64,000 nucleotides of DNA from a phage. The notes under the pieces were generated by a model. The model did no database searches and was not told the DNA's origin. It saw nothing but the letters and a program-made list of their open reading frames with translations. The stretch is taken from the sequence record PX246730.1. The stretch is one strand, 5' to 3'. Below, piece after piece: positions 18,199 to 26,526 of this stretch (the stretch's first letter is position 1; every line of letters begins with the position of its first letter). Both the position numbers and the translations under genes were made by a program.

Positions 18199-18780
18199 TC
18201 AAGAGTATTTTTTAGGCAGCAATGCACTGCGCTTATTGCTCTCTTCACTCAACAGTGCAATGAAATCATCACTTTTACCTTTCCACGGGCTGAATGAAGG
18301 GATATGTTCGCGGATAGCCTCAATCACTGTTTTAAGTGCTGTGTTCTTCATCCACCAATCAGAATCTGCTGATGCTACCACGTAGTATCCACCATCATCA
18401 GTTAGAATTGGCTCTGAGATACATGGTGAAATCAAAGTGGTGATGATTGAACCGTTGTTCATGTAGTATGTTCGTTTCATAACCTTTTCAAGAAGCTTGT
18501 GAAGGTCACCAAACAGTGTTACAAGCTCTTTGTGGTCAATGTCTTTTTCGAGATTTGCACGATACTTCAACAAAGCTGCATCAACTTCTCTGTCATTGAA
18601 CTTGAAGTACTGAACTTCATCAACAAGACAAACACTGATATTGTTGATATTCATAGTCAACTTACAAACTTTTGCAGGAGAGTTGATACTTGGTTGAAAA
18701 AGTGCAACACACCCTTCAATGTTTCCAAAGTGTTGGACTAGTGTAACTTGTGGAGTGATATTCTGTTGCTCTTCTGACAT
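18199..18780 (-). CDS. hypothetical protein
   Basis: 193-aa ORF. Confidence 0.5.
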   Translation of the reverse strand: MSEEQQNITPQVTLVQHFGNIEGCVALFQPSINSPAKVCKLTMNINNISVCLVDEVQYFKFNDREVDAALLKYRANLEKDIDHKELVTLFGDLHKLLEKVMKRTYYMNNGSIITTLISPCISEPILTDDGGYYVVASADSDWWMKNTALKTVIEAIREHIPSFSPWKGKSDDFIALLSEESNKRSALLPKKYS

Positions 18781-19124
18781 TACAGTTTCCTCATTAAATA
18801 CTTTTTAAGTTGTGTGTTAGGTTTCTCAAAAACTTCTATAGAAGATATCTTGACAGATTCACCACGCATACCAGTATGTTTGAATATGTAGTACTCTAAC
18901 ATTCCTATGTACTTTGCTGGTAAGTCATGCTTGACATATACCGTCACAGAATCTTCAAACTCAACAACCTTTGTACCATCTTTGTAGTTAAACTCTTTAG
19001 GATGGTCGTAGTTGTCTATGTCATACATTAAAAAGAGTCTTTTACGTTGTAAGTCAAGCTTATTTGTTAAAGACTCTTTGATATCTGAGAAGTTTTTGTA
19101 AACTGTGACATGGAGCTTACTCAT
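18780..19124 (-). CDS. hypothetical protein
   Basis: 114-aa ORF, start/stop overlap with neighbours. Confidence 0.5.
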   Translation of the reverse strand: MSKLHVTVYKNFSDIKESLTNKLDLQRKRLFLMYDIDNYDHPKEFNYKDGTKVVEFEDSVTVYVKHDLPAKYIGMLEYYIFKHTGMRGESVKISSIEVFEKPNTQLKKYLMRKL

Positions 19125-19410
19125 CGTTAAACTCTCTGACGAAGAAATAGTTGACTTTGTTATTACCTACCATAAGGTCAAAACAGGTATTCTCAAAAGG
19201 CTTGTTGTAGGCATCATATGAAACATATGGGTCAGCTACTTGCTTAGTGCTTAACTTCTTACTTGATGGGTTTAAGAGGCCACCATACAGCTTCTTGATA
19301 GCCTCTTCTACAACAGACCAGATAATCTCGTCAGTAATTTCTTCGTACAGGTCAAGTTCACGCTCTAGTGAGAAGTCACAAATAGGGAAAACAACCTGTA
19401 CTTTACTCAT
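19117..19410 (-). CDS. hypothetical protein
   Basis: 97-aa ORF. Confidence 0.5.
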   Translation of the reverse strand: MSKVQVVFPICDFSLERELDLYEEITDEIIWSVVEEAIKKLYGGLLNPSSKKLSTKQVADPYVSYDAYNKPFENTCFDLMVGNNKVNYFFVREFNDE

Positions 19411-19805
19411 TAACGAATAACCTGTGTTACCTGAATAGCTTCAGTTACTGACAAATCACCAACCGTTTCTTCTTTGACGAAGGTGAAGGTCAGTTCAACA
19501 GGCTCTTGCTCTTCTTGCTCAACTGGAACACCATTAAGCTCATCAAAGATTGACTGAGTTGTCCAGTCCTCTCCACCATCTGGATAGTGGATTGCATAAA
19601 GAGGAAACTCTAAATTATACCAAGCAAAAACAGGGCAACCATCTACATCATCTCGGCATCTGTGGAGATATGTGTTTGTACCTTCAAAATGTAAATGCAG
19701 ATTACCATTCTTCTCATAGAGAATCGCATCTCGCAGGTCTAATTCTTCATCCCCACTGTAACGGCTAACATCGACTTTAACTTTAATCTGATTGATATTA
19801 CTCAT
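19410..19805 (-). CDS. hypothetical protein
   Basis: 131-aa ORF. Confidence 0.5.
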   Translation of the reverse strand: MSNINQIKVKVDVSRYSGDEELDLRDAILYEKNGNLHLHFEGTNTYLHRCRDDVDGCPVFAWYNLEFPLYAIHYPDGGEDWTTQSIFDELNGVPVEQEEQEPVELTFTFVKEETVGDLSVTEAIQVTQVIR

Positions 19806-20196
19806 AAAAACCTCTCTCTGCTAGTTTTATCTTTTCTTTGAGAGTTTCGCAACGCTCTATGTGGTATTTTGCTTCACACTCATGGGTTGCTAACTCTCTT
19901 TCAAGTAGAGTTTTATAATAACTCGACAACTGCTCTGCTGTCAATGGGTGTTCAGAAATAATATCTAATCCACTTTCTCCAAGATGGTTGAACCGACCGT
20001 ACTCATCTACTTTGTAAGTCTCGAACCTGAAAAACCCATTCTTAGCACGGGTAATAGGTGATAGTTCAGCTAACTCTACAGTGAACTTTGTACAAACCTC
20101 ATCGCCCCTTACTACAATCTGGCTGCCAATAATTCTCACCATTGAACCATCACGAGTGTACTTAAAAGTTCCAAAGTCACTAGCCCAAAGTTTCAT
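19798..20196 (-). CDS. hypothetical protein
   Basis: 132-aa ORF with AGGAG RBS. Confidence 0.5.
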   Translation of the reverse strand: MKLWASDFGTFKYTRDGSMVRIIGSQIVVRGDEVCTKFTVELAELSPITRAKNGFFRFETYKVDEYGRFNHLGESGLDIISEHPLTAEQLSSYYKTLLERELATHECEAKYHIERCETLKEKIKLAERGFYE

Positions 20197-20210
20197 AGTT
20201 TTCTCCTTAG

Positions 20211-20240
20211 AAAATAAAAAAGGCTCCCGAAGGAGCCTAT
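20211..20240 (-). terminator. terminator/attenuator downstream of endolysin
   Basis: GGCTCC-TTCG-GGAGCC hairpin with T-tract on minus strand. Confidence 0.6.
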
Positions 20241-20247
20241 GAAGATA

Positions 20248-20712
20248 TTACTTTGGGTATACACTGTCAAGATAAATGTCAGCTTCCATTCTACGTCTGT
20301 TTTTCAGGCCGTTTGAAGTGACCTTCTTACCTTTGACTGTAACCTTGTTCCACCATTGCATAGCTTCTGCACAACCTACCTTATTACCATCGTTGTGGCG
20401 CTTGATAAATGTAGAGTCCTGCATAGCTGTGATGCCAATGTTGTATGTTTCACTTACAAGTGCATCAAACTCGTTCTGAGAAGTTGGAACCTTGACGGAT
20501 TTGTTCACTGCTGCAACGAACTTTTCAACATCTGCGAGAAGATACTGTTCAGCTTGTTCAGCGGTAATCTTCATACCCATCTTAACAGGTTTACCAGCAA
20601 TACGAATTGTTCCATACCCAATTGTAGGGATTCCAGCAGAATCTTCGTAAGCCTCTAGCTTAAGACCTTCAAAGAACTTAATAGCTTCTAAGCCTTTCTG
20701 TGAGAGTTGCAT
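20248..20712 (-). CDS. endolysin, T4-lysozyme-like (GH24)
   Basis: N-terminal catalytic region FEGLKLEAYEDSAGIPTIGYG matches the E..D..T motif of GH24 lysozymes. Confidence 0.85.
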   Translation of the reverse strand: MQLSQKGLEAIKFFEGLKLEAYEDSAGIPTIGYGTIRIAGKPVKMGMKITAEQAEQYLLADVEKFVAAVNKSVKVPTSQNEFDALVSETYNIGITAMQDSTFIKRHNDGNKVGCAEAMQWWNKVTVKGKKVTSNGLKNRRRMEADIYLDSVYPK

Positions 20713-21596
20713 TATGCCCCTCCTGCTGGGTTAACTGTAACTGTTGCTGCATTAGATGTTACAGAACCACCTGCACCAGTAACTACACAAGTGTAGCTTC
20801 CTGCATCAGCAGCGGTTGCACCTTCTTTGGTGTAAGTTGCAGCAGTTGCATCGAGGATATCTTCCTCACCTTTCTTCCACTGGTAACCTGTTGCACCTGT
20901 TGCCACAACATTCAGTGTTAAGGTCTCACCCTCATTGATAGTCTGGCCAGAAGGTTGCTGTGTAATCACAGGTAGTGCGTTGACAGTAACTGTTGCTGCA
21001 TCTGAGGTAACACTTGTCCCAGCCTCTCCAGACACAACACAAGTATAGGAACCTGCATCTGCTGGCAGTACACCAGACTTGCTATAGGTAGCATTTGTAG
21101 CTGAAGGGATGTCAGAGCCATCTTTCTTCCACTGATATCCAGTGGCATTAGTTGCAATAACACTTAGGGTGAGTGTGCCGCCTTCATTTACTGTTTGATT
21201 GGTTGGTTGCTGAGTGATTGATGGTGGCTGGATAGCATCCTTCAACTTAGCATTCAACATTGAGAATGGTTTAACTCTTGCCAGCCATTCACAATAAACT
21301 GTATCAACGTCTTTACCATTGATAATTGCATATTGTAAGTCCATGAAGAAGTCAGAAGTTCTCATTTGAGCACCAATGCTGTAAAGCAACTCATCACTAA
21401 ATGGGACTTTATAGGCTGGCTTGTAGTCAAACTTCTTAACCTCTGCAATATCAGCTTCAGGCCAATACGAGCTATAGGTAAGCGGTAAAATAGCCTCTTG
21501 ATATGTTCTAAAATCATATCTCTTACCAGCCTTTACGTTTGCAACAAAACCTTTTACAAACTCTTTGAAGTCTGGGTAAGTCTTTGCTTTAATCAT
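20712..21596 (-). CDS. protein with two tandem Ig-like domains
   Basis: repeats GYQWKK..GSYTCVV occur twice; tandem duplication also visible at DNA level. Confidence 0.6.
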   Translation of the reverse strand: MIKAKTYPDFKEFVKGFVANVKAGKRYDFRTYQEAILPLTYSSYWPEADIAEVKKFDYKPAYKVPFSDELLYSIGAQMRTSDFFMDLQYAIINGKDVDTVYCEWLARVKPFSMLNAKLKDAIQPPSITQQPTNQTVNEGGTLTLSVIATNATGYQWKKDGSDIPSATNATYSKSGVLPADAGSYTCVVSGEAGTSVTSDAATVTVNALPVITQQPSGQTINEGETLTLNVVATGATGYQWKKGEEDILDATAATYTKEGATAADAGSYTCVVTGAGGSVTSNAATVTVNPAGGA

Positions 21597-21781
21597 TTCT
21601 TTTTATCCTCTAAATGTGCGTTTAATCTTAAATAAACTTTATGTAGTGGGACACATCACCAACAATGACGCACTTCACTATTTTCACGGAATTGATGTGT
21701 AGTTGTGGGAGCAATAAAAGTCTTTTACCCTTATAGGGTGTGCTTATAAATAATTAAAGGGGCATTAGCCCCTATTCACAC

Positions 21782-22372
21782 TCAAGCTTTGGTCTTAAGT
21801 AGGTTCTTAAGTTTTTTGAGATTCATGCTCTCATCAAACTTAAAACCAAATCCATTGACATAATCAATGAACTCGGATTTCTTACTAAGTGACAATGCGT
21901 AACTCATATCAAAGTTCTTACCTGTTTCTGCATCTGGACTAGAGTTCACATCAAATGAAATTTCTGTAGGTTCAAGCTTGCCACTTCCCATATTATCAAT
22001 CAACAAACATGTATAGTTTGCTGGATAGAAGTTTACACTACCATCAACGTAGCTGTACTTATTATTATGGATAAGGTTGGAAAATACCTTAAGAAATGTT
22101 TCTGAGTCGTGGCATACAAGTTTAAATTGATTTAGTTCTCCAAGAGCCACTAAAGAGTAAGGACTTCCACTATCAATATCATAATTTGGATTCGATGTCG
22201 TCACTGTTACACGCATCAAGTTATTGGCAATAGTCTTCTGTTTAAAAGAATTTGGAACATAGTGAAGACCTCTATCACACTGATTAACTAATTCTTTCAA
22301 TAGGTCGTTTGCATACGGTGAATTAATTGATACAGAGCCATCACTATTGTAATTAAAACTTACTGTTAACAT
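21782..22372 (-). CDS. hypothetical protein
   Basis: 196-aa ORF. Confidence 0.5.
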   Translation of the reverse strand: MLTVSFNYNSDGSVSINSPYANDLLKELVNQCDRGLHYVPNSFKQKTIANNLMRVTVTTSNPNYDIDSGSPYSLVALGELNQFKLVCHDSETFLKVFSNLIHNNKYSYVDGSVNFYPANYTCLLIDNMGSGKLEPTEISFDVNSSPDAETGKNFDMSYALSLSKKSEFIDYVNGFGFKFDESMNLKKLKNLLKTKA

Positions 22373-22599
22373 TTTTCAGTTCTCCTGCGGTTTATAATTT
22401 TGCTGCAATAGAGAAACGAAGTAAACTCACTGGAAGAAACCATTAAGTGTTGTTCACTAGATTGAGCCATTGCCCTGAAATACATTCCAGTCAAAGCATC
22501 ATAGTGACTATTCTTTCCAATTGAGGTTATATAGCCATGACTCTTTGCAGTTTTATATAAATCTATAATATCTGCGATTTCTAATTGGGAACTACACAT
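22366..22599 (-). CDS. hypothetical small protein
   Basis: 77-aa ORF, weak support. Confidence 0.3.
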   Translation of the reverse strand: MCSSQLEIADIIDLYKTAKSHGYITSIGKNSHYDALTGMYFRAMAQSSEQHLMVSSSEFTSFLYCSKIINRRRTEKC

Positions 22600-22991
22600 A
22601 GATAATCCTCTTGTCTTCTGTAATTTTGAAAGAACAGGTACAGACCAATTTCAGAGGATGAATAGTAGAGTAACTCTACCCTTTTTGATTCCTTACAGTG
22701 ATTGGTATTTTTACCTTTCTTCGGGTTGTTTGATTTTCTCATTAAGTCTCCTTTGTAGAACAAGGCAGACCTACAGCTTTAAGTAAGATGGTACAGTAAT
22801 CCATACAACAAGTCAAGAACTATTGCAAGTTAAAAAAGTTGTTGACAAGGTACTTGACAAGGTGTAGGCTTATAAATACTTAGAAGATTACTTAAAAGGT
22901 TCCTCTAAAAAGGCTATTTAAACAGATATCTTTCTGGATATCTATCTTTTATCTTAAAAGCCTTTTAAGAGGTCTTATAAGAGGCATACCA

Positions 22992-23363
22992 ATGAAAAAC
23001 AGAACAAACAAAGGCCAGTTTAAAAAAGGCCAGTCTGGAAACCCATCTGGAAGACCAAAAGGCTCTCGTAACAAAAGCTCTCTCGTAAAAGCTCAACTGA
23101 CCATTGATAATTCTGCTGAGTTTGCTGCAAAGTTGTTTGAGGCGATTGTTACAAGGGACGCTGCTAAGCTTGCAGAGTTCGGTTTGACGACTGACGATGT
23201 AAACCTGAAGTCGATGATGGAAGCTGGTAAAACTATCATGACCCACTCAGCAGGTGAGATGAAAGCCATTGCAGCAGATACTAAGAAGACCCCTGATAAC
23301 GGTGGTCAGTCTCAGACAGATAACAAACCAACGTTCTCTGCTGTAGCGACTCTCAAAAAATAA
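22992..23363 (+). CDS. basic protein with GNPSGRPKG motif
   Basis: 123 aa; ATG with RBS. Confidence 0.5.
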   Translation: MKNRTNKGQFKKGQSGNPSGRPKGSRNKSSLVKAQLTIDNSAEFAAKLFEAIVTRDAAKLAEFGLTTDDVNLKSMMEAGKTIMTHSAGEMKAIAADTKKTPDNGGQSQTDNKPTFSAVATLKK

Positions 23364-23444
23364 TTTTAAAAGGTGTTGACAGACTCTACAAAGTTGCTCT
23401 AAAGTCTGTCACATCAAACAACAAATGAGAGAAGAGAGTAAAAT

Positions 23445-24860
23445 ATGAGCGAGTTATTCAAACATGCGCACCTTCATGCAGGTCGAACTGAAAATGGTGC
23501 TGTAAACCATACTTCATCAATGTCTGCTCTGGTAGACTTCTACAAAGCCGCTGGCTCAAGCCGTAGCAATGTAGAAATCTTACCAGACCTGTTCTACAAA
23601 GCTTTGCGTGAGGATGTTGATGTTGCAGTTCGTATTTTACTGCATATGCGAGATGTACGAGAAGGTATGGGTGAGCGTAAAGCCTTCAGAACTGTTTTGC
23701 TTCAAGCGATTGAAGACAAAGTTTTAGAGCCTACACAGGTTCTTCGCATTATGGATAAGATTGCAGAGCTTGGTCGTTTTGATGACTTCAAAATCTTCGT
23801 AGGTACTCGTTTTGAGACAGATGCCTTTAAGCATTTAGAAGCAGCATTACTAGACCCTGAGACAGCAGGTTTAGCAGCCAAGTGGTTACCACGAGTAAAA
23901 CCACGACACAAACAGTTTGTAAAACGTTTCTGTAAGTTTGCAAACTTAAGCGAGAAAGAGTATCGCACACTGTTATCTGCACTGTCTGATACGGTTGAGC
24001 AAAAAATCTCTGCTAATGAGTTTGGTAAGATTGATTACAGTAAGATTCCTTCTCTTGCTGCTGCACGTTACCAAAAACTCTTTAACCGTAAAGATGGAGA
24101 ACGCTACAAAGCTTACATTGAGTCGCTATCAAAAGGTGAAGCTAAGATTAATGCTGGTGCTGTCTACCCATACGATGTGATTAAATCTATCAAGCATGGT
24201 AATGCAGATGTTGCTAATGAGCAGTGGAAAGCACTACCAAACTGGATGGCAGAAGGTGAGAACATCTTGTGTATGACTGATGTCTCAAGCTCAATGTCTT
24301 GGGTGAATCTTGGTTCAATCACGGCTCTTGATATTGGTGTATCTCTTGCCCTGTATGTAGCAGAACGCAATACTGGTTGCTTTAAGAATGAGTTAATGGT
24401 TTATTCAACAAACCCTCATTTCATTGAACTGAGTGGTGATTTACGAAACCGTCATCGTCAGGTGATGCGACACGTTGAATATGGTTCAACTAACTTACAA
24501 GCAGCTTTTGACCGTATTCTTGAGACAGGTAAAAGAAACAACTTGACTCAGAAAGATATGCCAAGTAAGCTTATCATCTTCTCAGATATGGAATTCAATC
24601 AGGTTGATGGAGCTAATGGTCGTACAAACTTTGAAGCAATTCAGAGTAAGTACAAAAAAGCTGGATATGAGATGCCACAACTGGTATTCTGGTACTTAGC
24701 AAACCGTAATGGTACTTGCGAAGTGTCTGTTAAGGATAACGGTGTAGCAATGGTATCTGGTTTCTCTCCAGCCACTTTAAAAGCTCTGCTTGGTGGTGAG
24801 AAGTTTGACCCAACCAGCGTAATGCTCAAAGCAGTAATGATTGACCGTTACATCTGGTAA
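23445..24860 (+). CDS. vWA-domain protein resembling Ro60/Rsr (TROVE + vWA)
   Basis: MIDAS motif DVSSSM followed by LGSI; C-terminal IIFSDMEF and GFSPATLKAL segments resemble Ro60 vWA (from memory); N-domain not verifiable. Confidence 0.55.
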   Translation: MSELFKHAHLHAGRTENGAVNHTSSMSALVDFYKAAGSSRSNVEILPDLFYKALREDVDVAVRILLHMRDVREGMGERKAFRTVLLQAIEDKVLEPTQVLRIMDKIAELGRFDDFKIFVGTRFETDAFKHLEAALLDPETAGLAAKWLPRVKPRHKQFVKRFCKFANLSEKEYRTLLSALSDTVEQKISANEFGKIDYSKIPSLAAARYQKLFNRKDGERYKAYIESLSKGEAKINAGAVYPYDVIKSIKHGNADVANEQWKALPNWMAEGENILCMTDVSSSMSWVNLGSITALDIGVSLALYVAERNTGCFKNELMVYSTNPHFIELSGDLRNRHRQVMRHVEYGSTNLQAAFDRILETGKRNNLTQKDMPSKLIIFSDMEFNQVDGANGRTNFEAIQSKYKKAGYEMPQLVFWYLANRNGTCEVSVKDNGVAMVSGFSPATLKALLGGEKFDPTSVMLKAVMIDRYIW

Positions 24861-24878
24861 AAAGTTTTAAAAAGGGTA

Positions 24879-24907
24879 TTGACAATGTGTTTGATACCCT
24901 TTAATAT
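24879..24907 (+). promoter_or_regulatory. sigma70-like promoter TTGACA-N17-TAATAT flanked by 8-bp inverted repeat
   Basis: AAGGGTAT...ATACCCTT brackets the promoter. Confidence 0.55.
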
Positions 24908-24969
24908 GTCCTACATAGAAACGAAATGAGAGCTTTTCTAAGATACTGAAAAATATTTTAAAAAAGTTC

Positions 24970-24998
24970 TTGACAACCACTAAAAAATAATGTTAAAG
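24970..24998 (+). promoter_or_regulatory. candidate promoter (TTGACA-N17-TTAAAG) with dyad ACCACT/AGTGGT, upstream of tRNA array
   Basis: read directly; -10 weak. Confidence 0.35.
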
Positions 24999-25025
24999 TG
25001 GTTACATAGAGTTTGAAAAGTTTAT

Positions 25026-25102
25026 CTCTGTTTAGCTCAGCTTGGTAGAGCGTTCCGTTTGGGGCGGTAAGGCCGGAGGTTCAAGTCCTCCAACAGAGAC
25101 CA
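25026..25102 (+). tRNA. tRNA-Pro(TGG)
   Basis: 7-bp acceptor CTCTGTT/AACAGAG, D-loop AGCTTGGTA, anticodon loop TTTGGGG, T-loop TTCAAGT, CCA encoded. Confidence 0.75.
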
Positions 25103-25109
25103 AATTAAT

Positions 25110-25187
25110 GTTCCAGTAGACAAAATGGTATAGTCACCACTCTTTCAAAGTGGATATTTGAGGGTTCAAATCCCTTCTGGAACGCCA
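25110..25187 (+). tRNA. tRNA-Glu(TTC)
   Basis: acceptor GTTCCAG/CTGGAAC, anticodon loop CTTTCAA, T-loop TTCAAAT, CCA encoded. Confidence 0.7.
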
Positions 25188-25192
25188 GTTTT

Positions 25193-25267
25193 GACAGAAG
25201 ACCAATTGCAGCAAACTTAATCTTATTCATCTGAAGGTAAATCGGACAAAGAAGAGATTTGGTCTGG
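25193..25267 (+). ncRNA. framed element a (ACAGAAGACC ... GGTCTGG closing stem)
   Basis: member of 4-copy family with covarying closing stem; function unknown. Confidence 0.3.
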
Positions 25268-25279
25268 TCATTAAGAATT

Positions 25280-25355
25280 GCGGGTATAGAGAAAGGGCGT
25301 CTCACATGTCTCATTAGCATGGTATCGGCAGGTTCGACTCCTGCACCCGCCTCCA
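25280..25355 (+). tRNA. tRNA-Met/Ile2(CAT)
   Basis: anticodon arm CATGT-CTCATTA-GCATG, T-loop TTCGACT; acceptor register ambiguous. Confidence 0.55.
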
Positions 25356-25360
25356 AATTT

Positions 25361-25436
25361 ACAGAAGACCGTTTACAGCAATACTTATTAAATTTTTAGC
25401 GGAAAAAATTGAAAGATACGGTCTGGTAATACTAAA
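25361..25436 (+). ncRNA. framed element b
   Basis: AGACCG/CGGTCT closing stem (compensatory change versus element a). Confidence 0.3.
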
Positions 25437-25439
25437 CAT

Positions 25440-25513
25440 GGTTAGGAAGCACATAAGGTATGTGCGGTCGCCTGTTAAGCGAATGGCACAGGGTTCGAAT
25501 CCCTGACTAACCG
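25440..25513 (+). tRNA. tRNA-Asn(GTT)
   Basis: D-stem GCAC/GTGC, anticodon loop CTGTTAA, T-arm CAGGG-TTCGAAT-CCCTG. Confidence 0.7.
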
Positions 25514-25525
25514 CAAAATTTAAAT

Positions 25526-25613
25526 GTGTCGTTATCCCGTAGATGGTAGCGGTGGGGACTGTAAATCCCTTGTCATTGAGACTCGGTAGGTTCGACTCCT
25601 ACACGGCACACCA
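25526..25613 (+). tRNA. tRNA-Tyr(GTA), long variable arm
   Basis: acceptor GTGTCGT/ACGGCAC, anticodon loop CTGTAAA, 15-nt variable arm, CCA encoded. Confidence 0.7.
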
Positions 25614-25674
25614 ATTTTGAGAGGGCTATTTAGCCCCTCCCTTAAAGAGTTCTTACGAGTATTCTTTAAAGGAG

Positions 25675-25748
25675 CAGAAGACCAAATACAGCAAGTTACT
25701 TAAAATTTCAAGCCAATTTAATTTTGAAAAATTTAAAACTTGGTCTGG
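25675..25748 (+). ncRNA. framed element c
   Basis: AGACCA/TGGTCT closing stem. Confidence 0.3.
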
Positions 25749-25760
25749 CTCAACAAATTT

Positions 25761-25893
25761 ACAGAAGACCGTTTACAGCAAAACTTAAACAATCTATTTC
25801 TCTGGTAAAGAAAAGGCGAAGGTTCGATTCCTTCACTCGGCAGATGTCGAGTTGGTGTAATGGTAGCACTTAAGATGATAAACAACGGTCTGG
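25761..25893 (+). ncRNA. framed element d enclosing permuted tRNA halves
   Basis: GACCGTT/AACGGTC closing stem surrounds 25797-25870. Confidence 0.35.
25797..25870 (+). tRNA. candidate circularly permuted tRNA-Thr(GGT): 3' half precedes 5' half
   Basis: 3' half = anticodon arm TTTCT-CTGGTAA-AGAAA + T-arm GAAGG-TTCGATT-CCTTC + ACTCGGC; 3 nt later 5' half GTCGAGT + D-arm GTGT-AATGGTA-GCAC; acceptor strands complementary at 7/7 with one GU. Confidence 0.4.
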
Positions 25894-25896
25894 TAA

Positions 25897-26036
25897 TTAT
25901 CTTTGTAGATAAGTTATTAAGCTTACCTGTGAGTATGCGACCACAAAGGGTGAAAGGGTAAATTCTAGATTTAAACCCAACAAGGCACATCGCTACAGAC
26001 CTTAAGCAAGTCTGGGTAGCTTATCTACAAAGATAA
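25897..26036 (+). ncRNA. ~140-nt element closed by 15-bp stem (TTATCTTTGTAGATAAG / CTTATCTACAAAGATAA)
   Basis: long-range perfect inverted repeat. Confidence 0.3.
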
Positions 26037-26042
26037 TTTAAT

Positions 26043-26118
26043 GGAAGTGTAGCAGAATGGTGATGCGGCAGACTTTTAATCTGACAGGCGATGGGTTCGA
26101 ATCCCTCCACTTCTACCA
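26043..26118 (+). tRNA. tRNA-Lys(TTT)
   Basis: acceptor GGAAGTG/CACTTCT, anticodon loop CTTTTAA, T-loop TTCGAAT, CCA encoded. Confidence 0.7.
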
Positions 26119-26122
26119 ATAT

Positions 26123-26199
26123 GGTTCAGTCGCAGATAAGGTAATGCAGGGGTCTCATAAGCCCTATGAATGTGGGTTCGATTCCCATCTGAACCTCCA
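26123..26199 (+). tRNA. tRNA-Met/Ile2(CAT)
   Basis: acceptor GGTTCAG/CTGAACC, anticodon loop CTCATAA, CCA encoded. Confidence 0.7.
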
Positions 26200-26201
26200 A
26201 T

Positions 26202-26277
26202 GCTGTGAAAGCACATATGGATGTGCATTCGGCTGATAACCGAAAGGAAGAAGGTTCGAATCCTTCTCACAGTACCA
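26202..26277 (+). tRNA. tRNA-Ile(GAT)
   Basis: D-stem GCAC/GTGC, anticodon arm TTCGG-CTGATAA-CCGAA, CCA encoded. Confidence 0.75.
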
Positions 26278-26290
26278 ATTTCAATAAAGT

Positions 26291-26319
26291 TGTTGACACT
26301 GAGATGTGACTACTTTATA
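26291..26319 (+). promoter_or_regulatory. strong sigma70-like promoter TTGACA-N17-TATAGT inside tRNA array
   Basis: read directly. Confidence 0.6.
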
Positions 26320-26526
26320 GTAACCTTAGTTTTCGTTGCGTAGCGTCTATTTTGCAAATTTAAAATAAATGCAAACGACAATGTTTTTCTGGCAGTAGCT
26401 TGATAGGCTAAACACCAGTGAGGTCTTCCAATCCCTCATCAAAGAATTTGGCGTACTAGCCCACGGTATGATTAATAAGGTGGGCATCTTTAAGGGCTTT
26501 CTAAGAGAGTCTTTAAAGATTAATTA

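Noticed and set aside
25280-25355. Initiator tRNA-fMet assignment for the first CAT tRNA
   Set aside because: A 1:72 mismatch appears only under one of two possible acceptor registers, and the anticodon stem lacks three consecutive G-C pairs; left as Met/Ile2(CAT).
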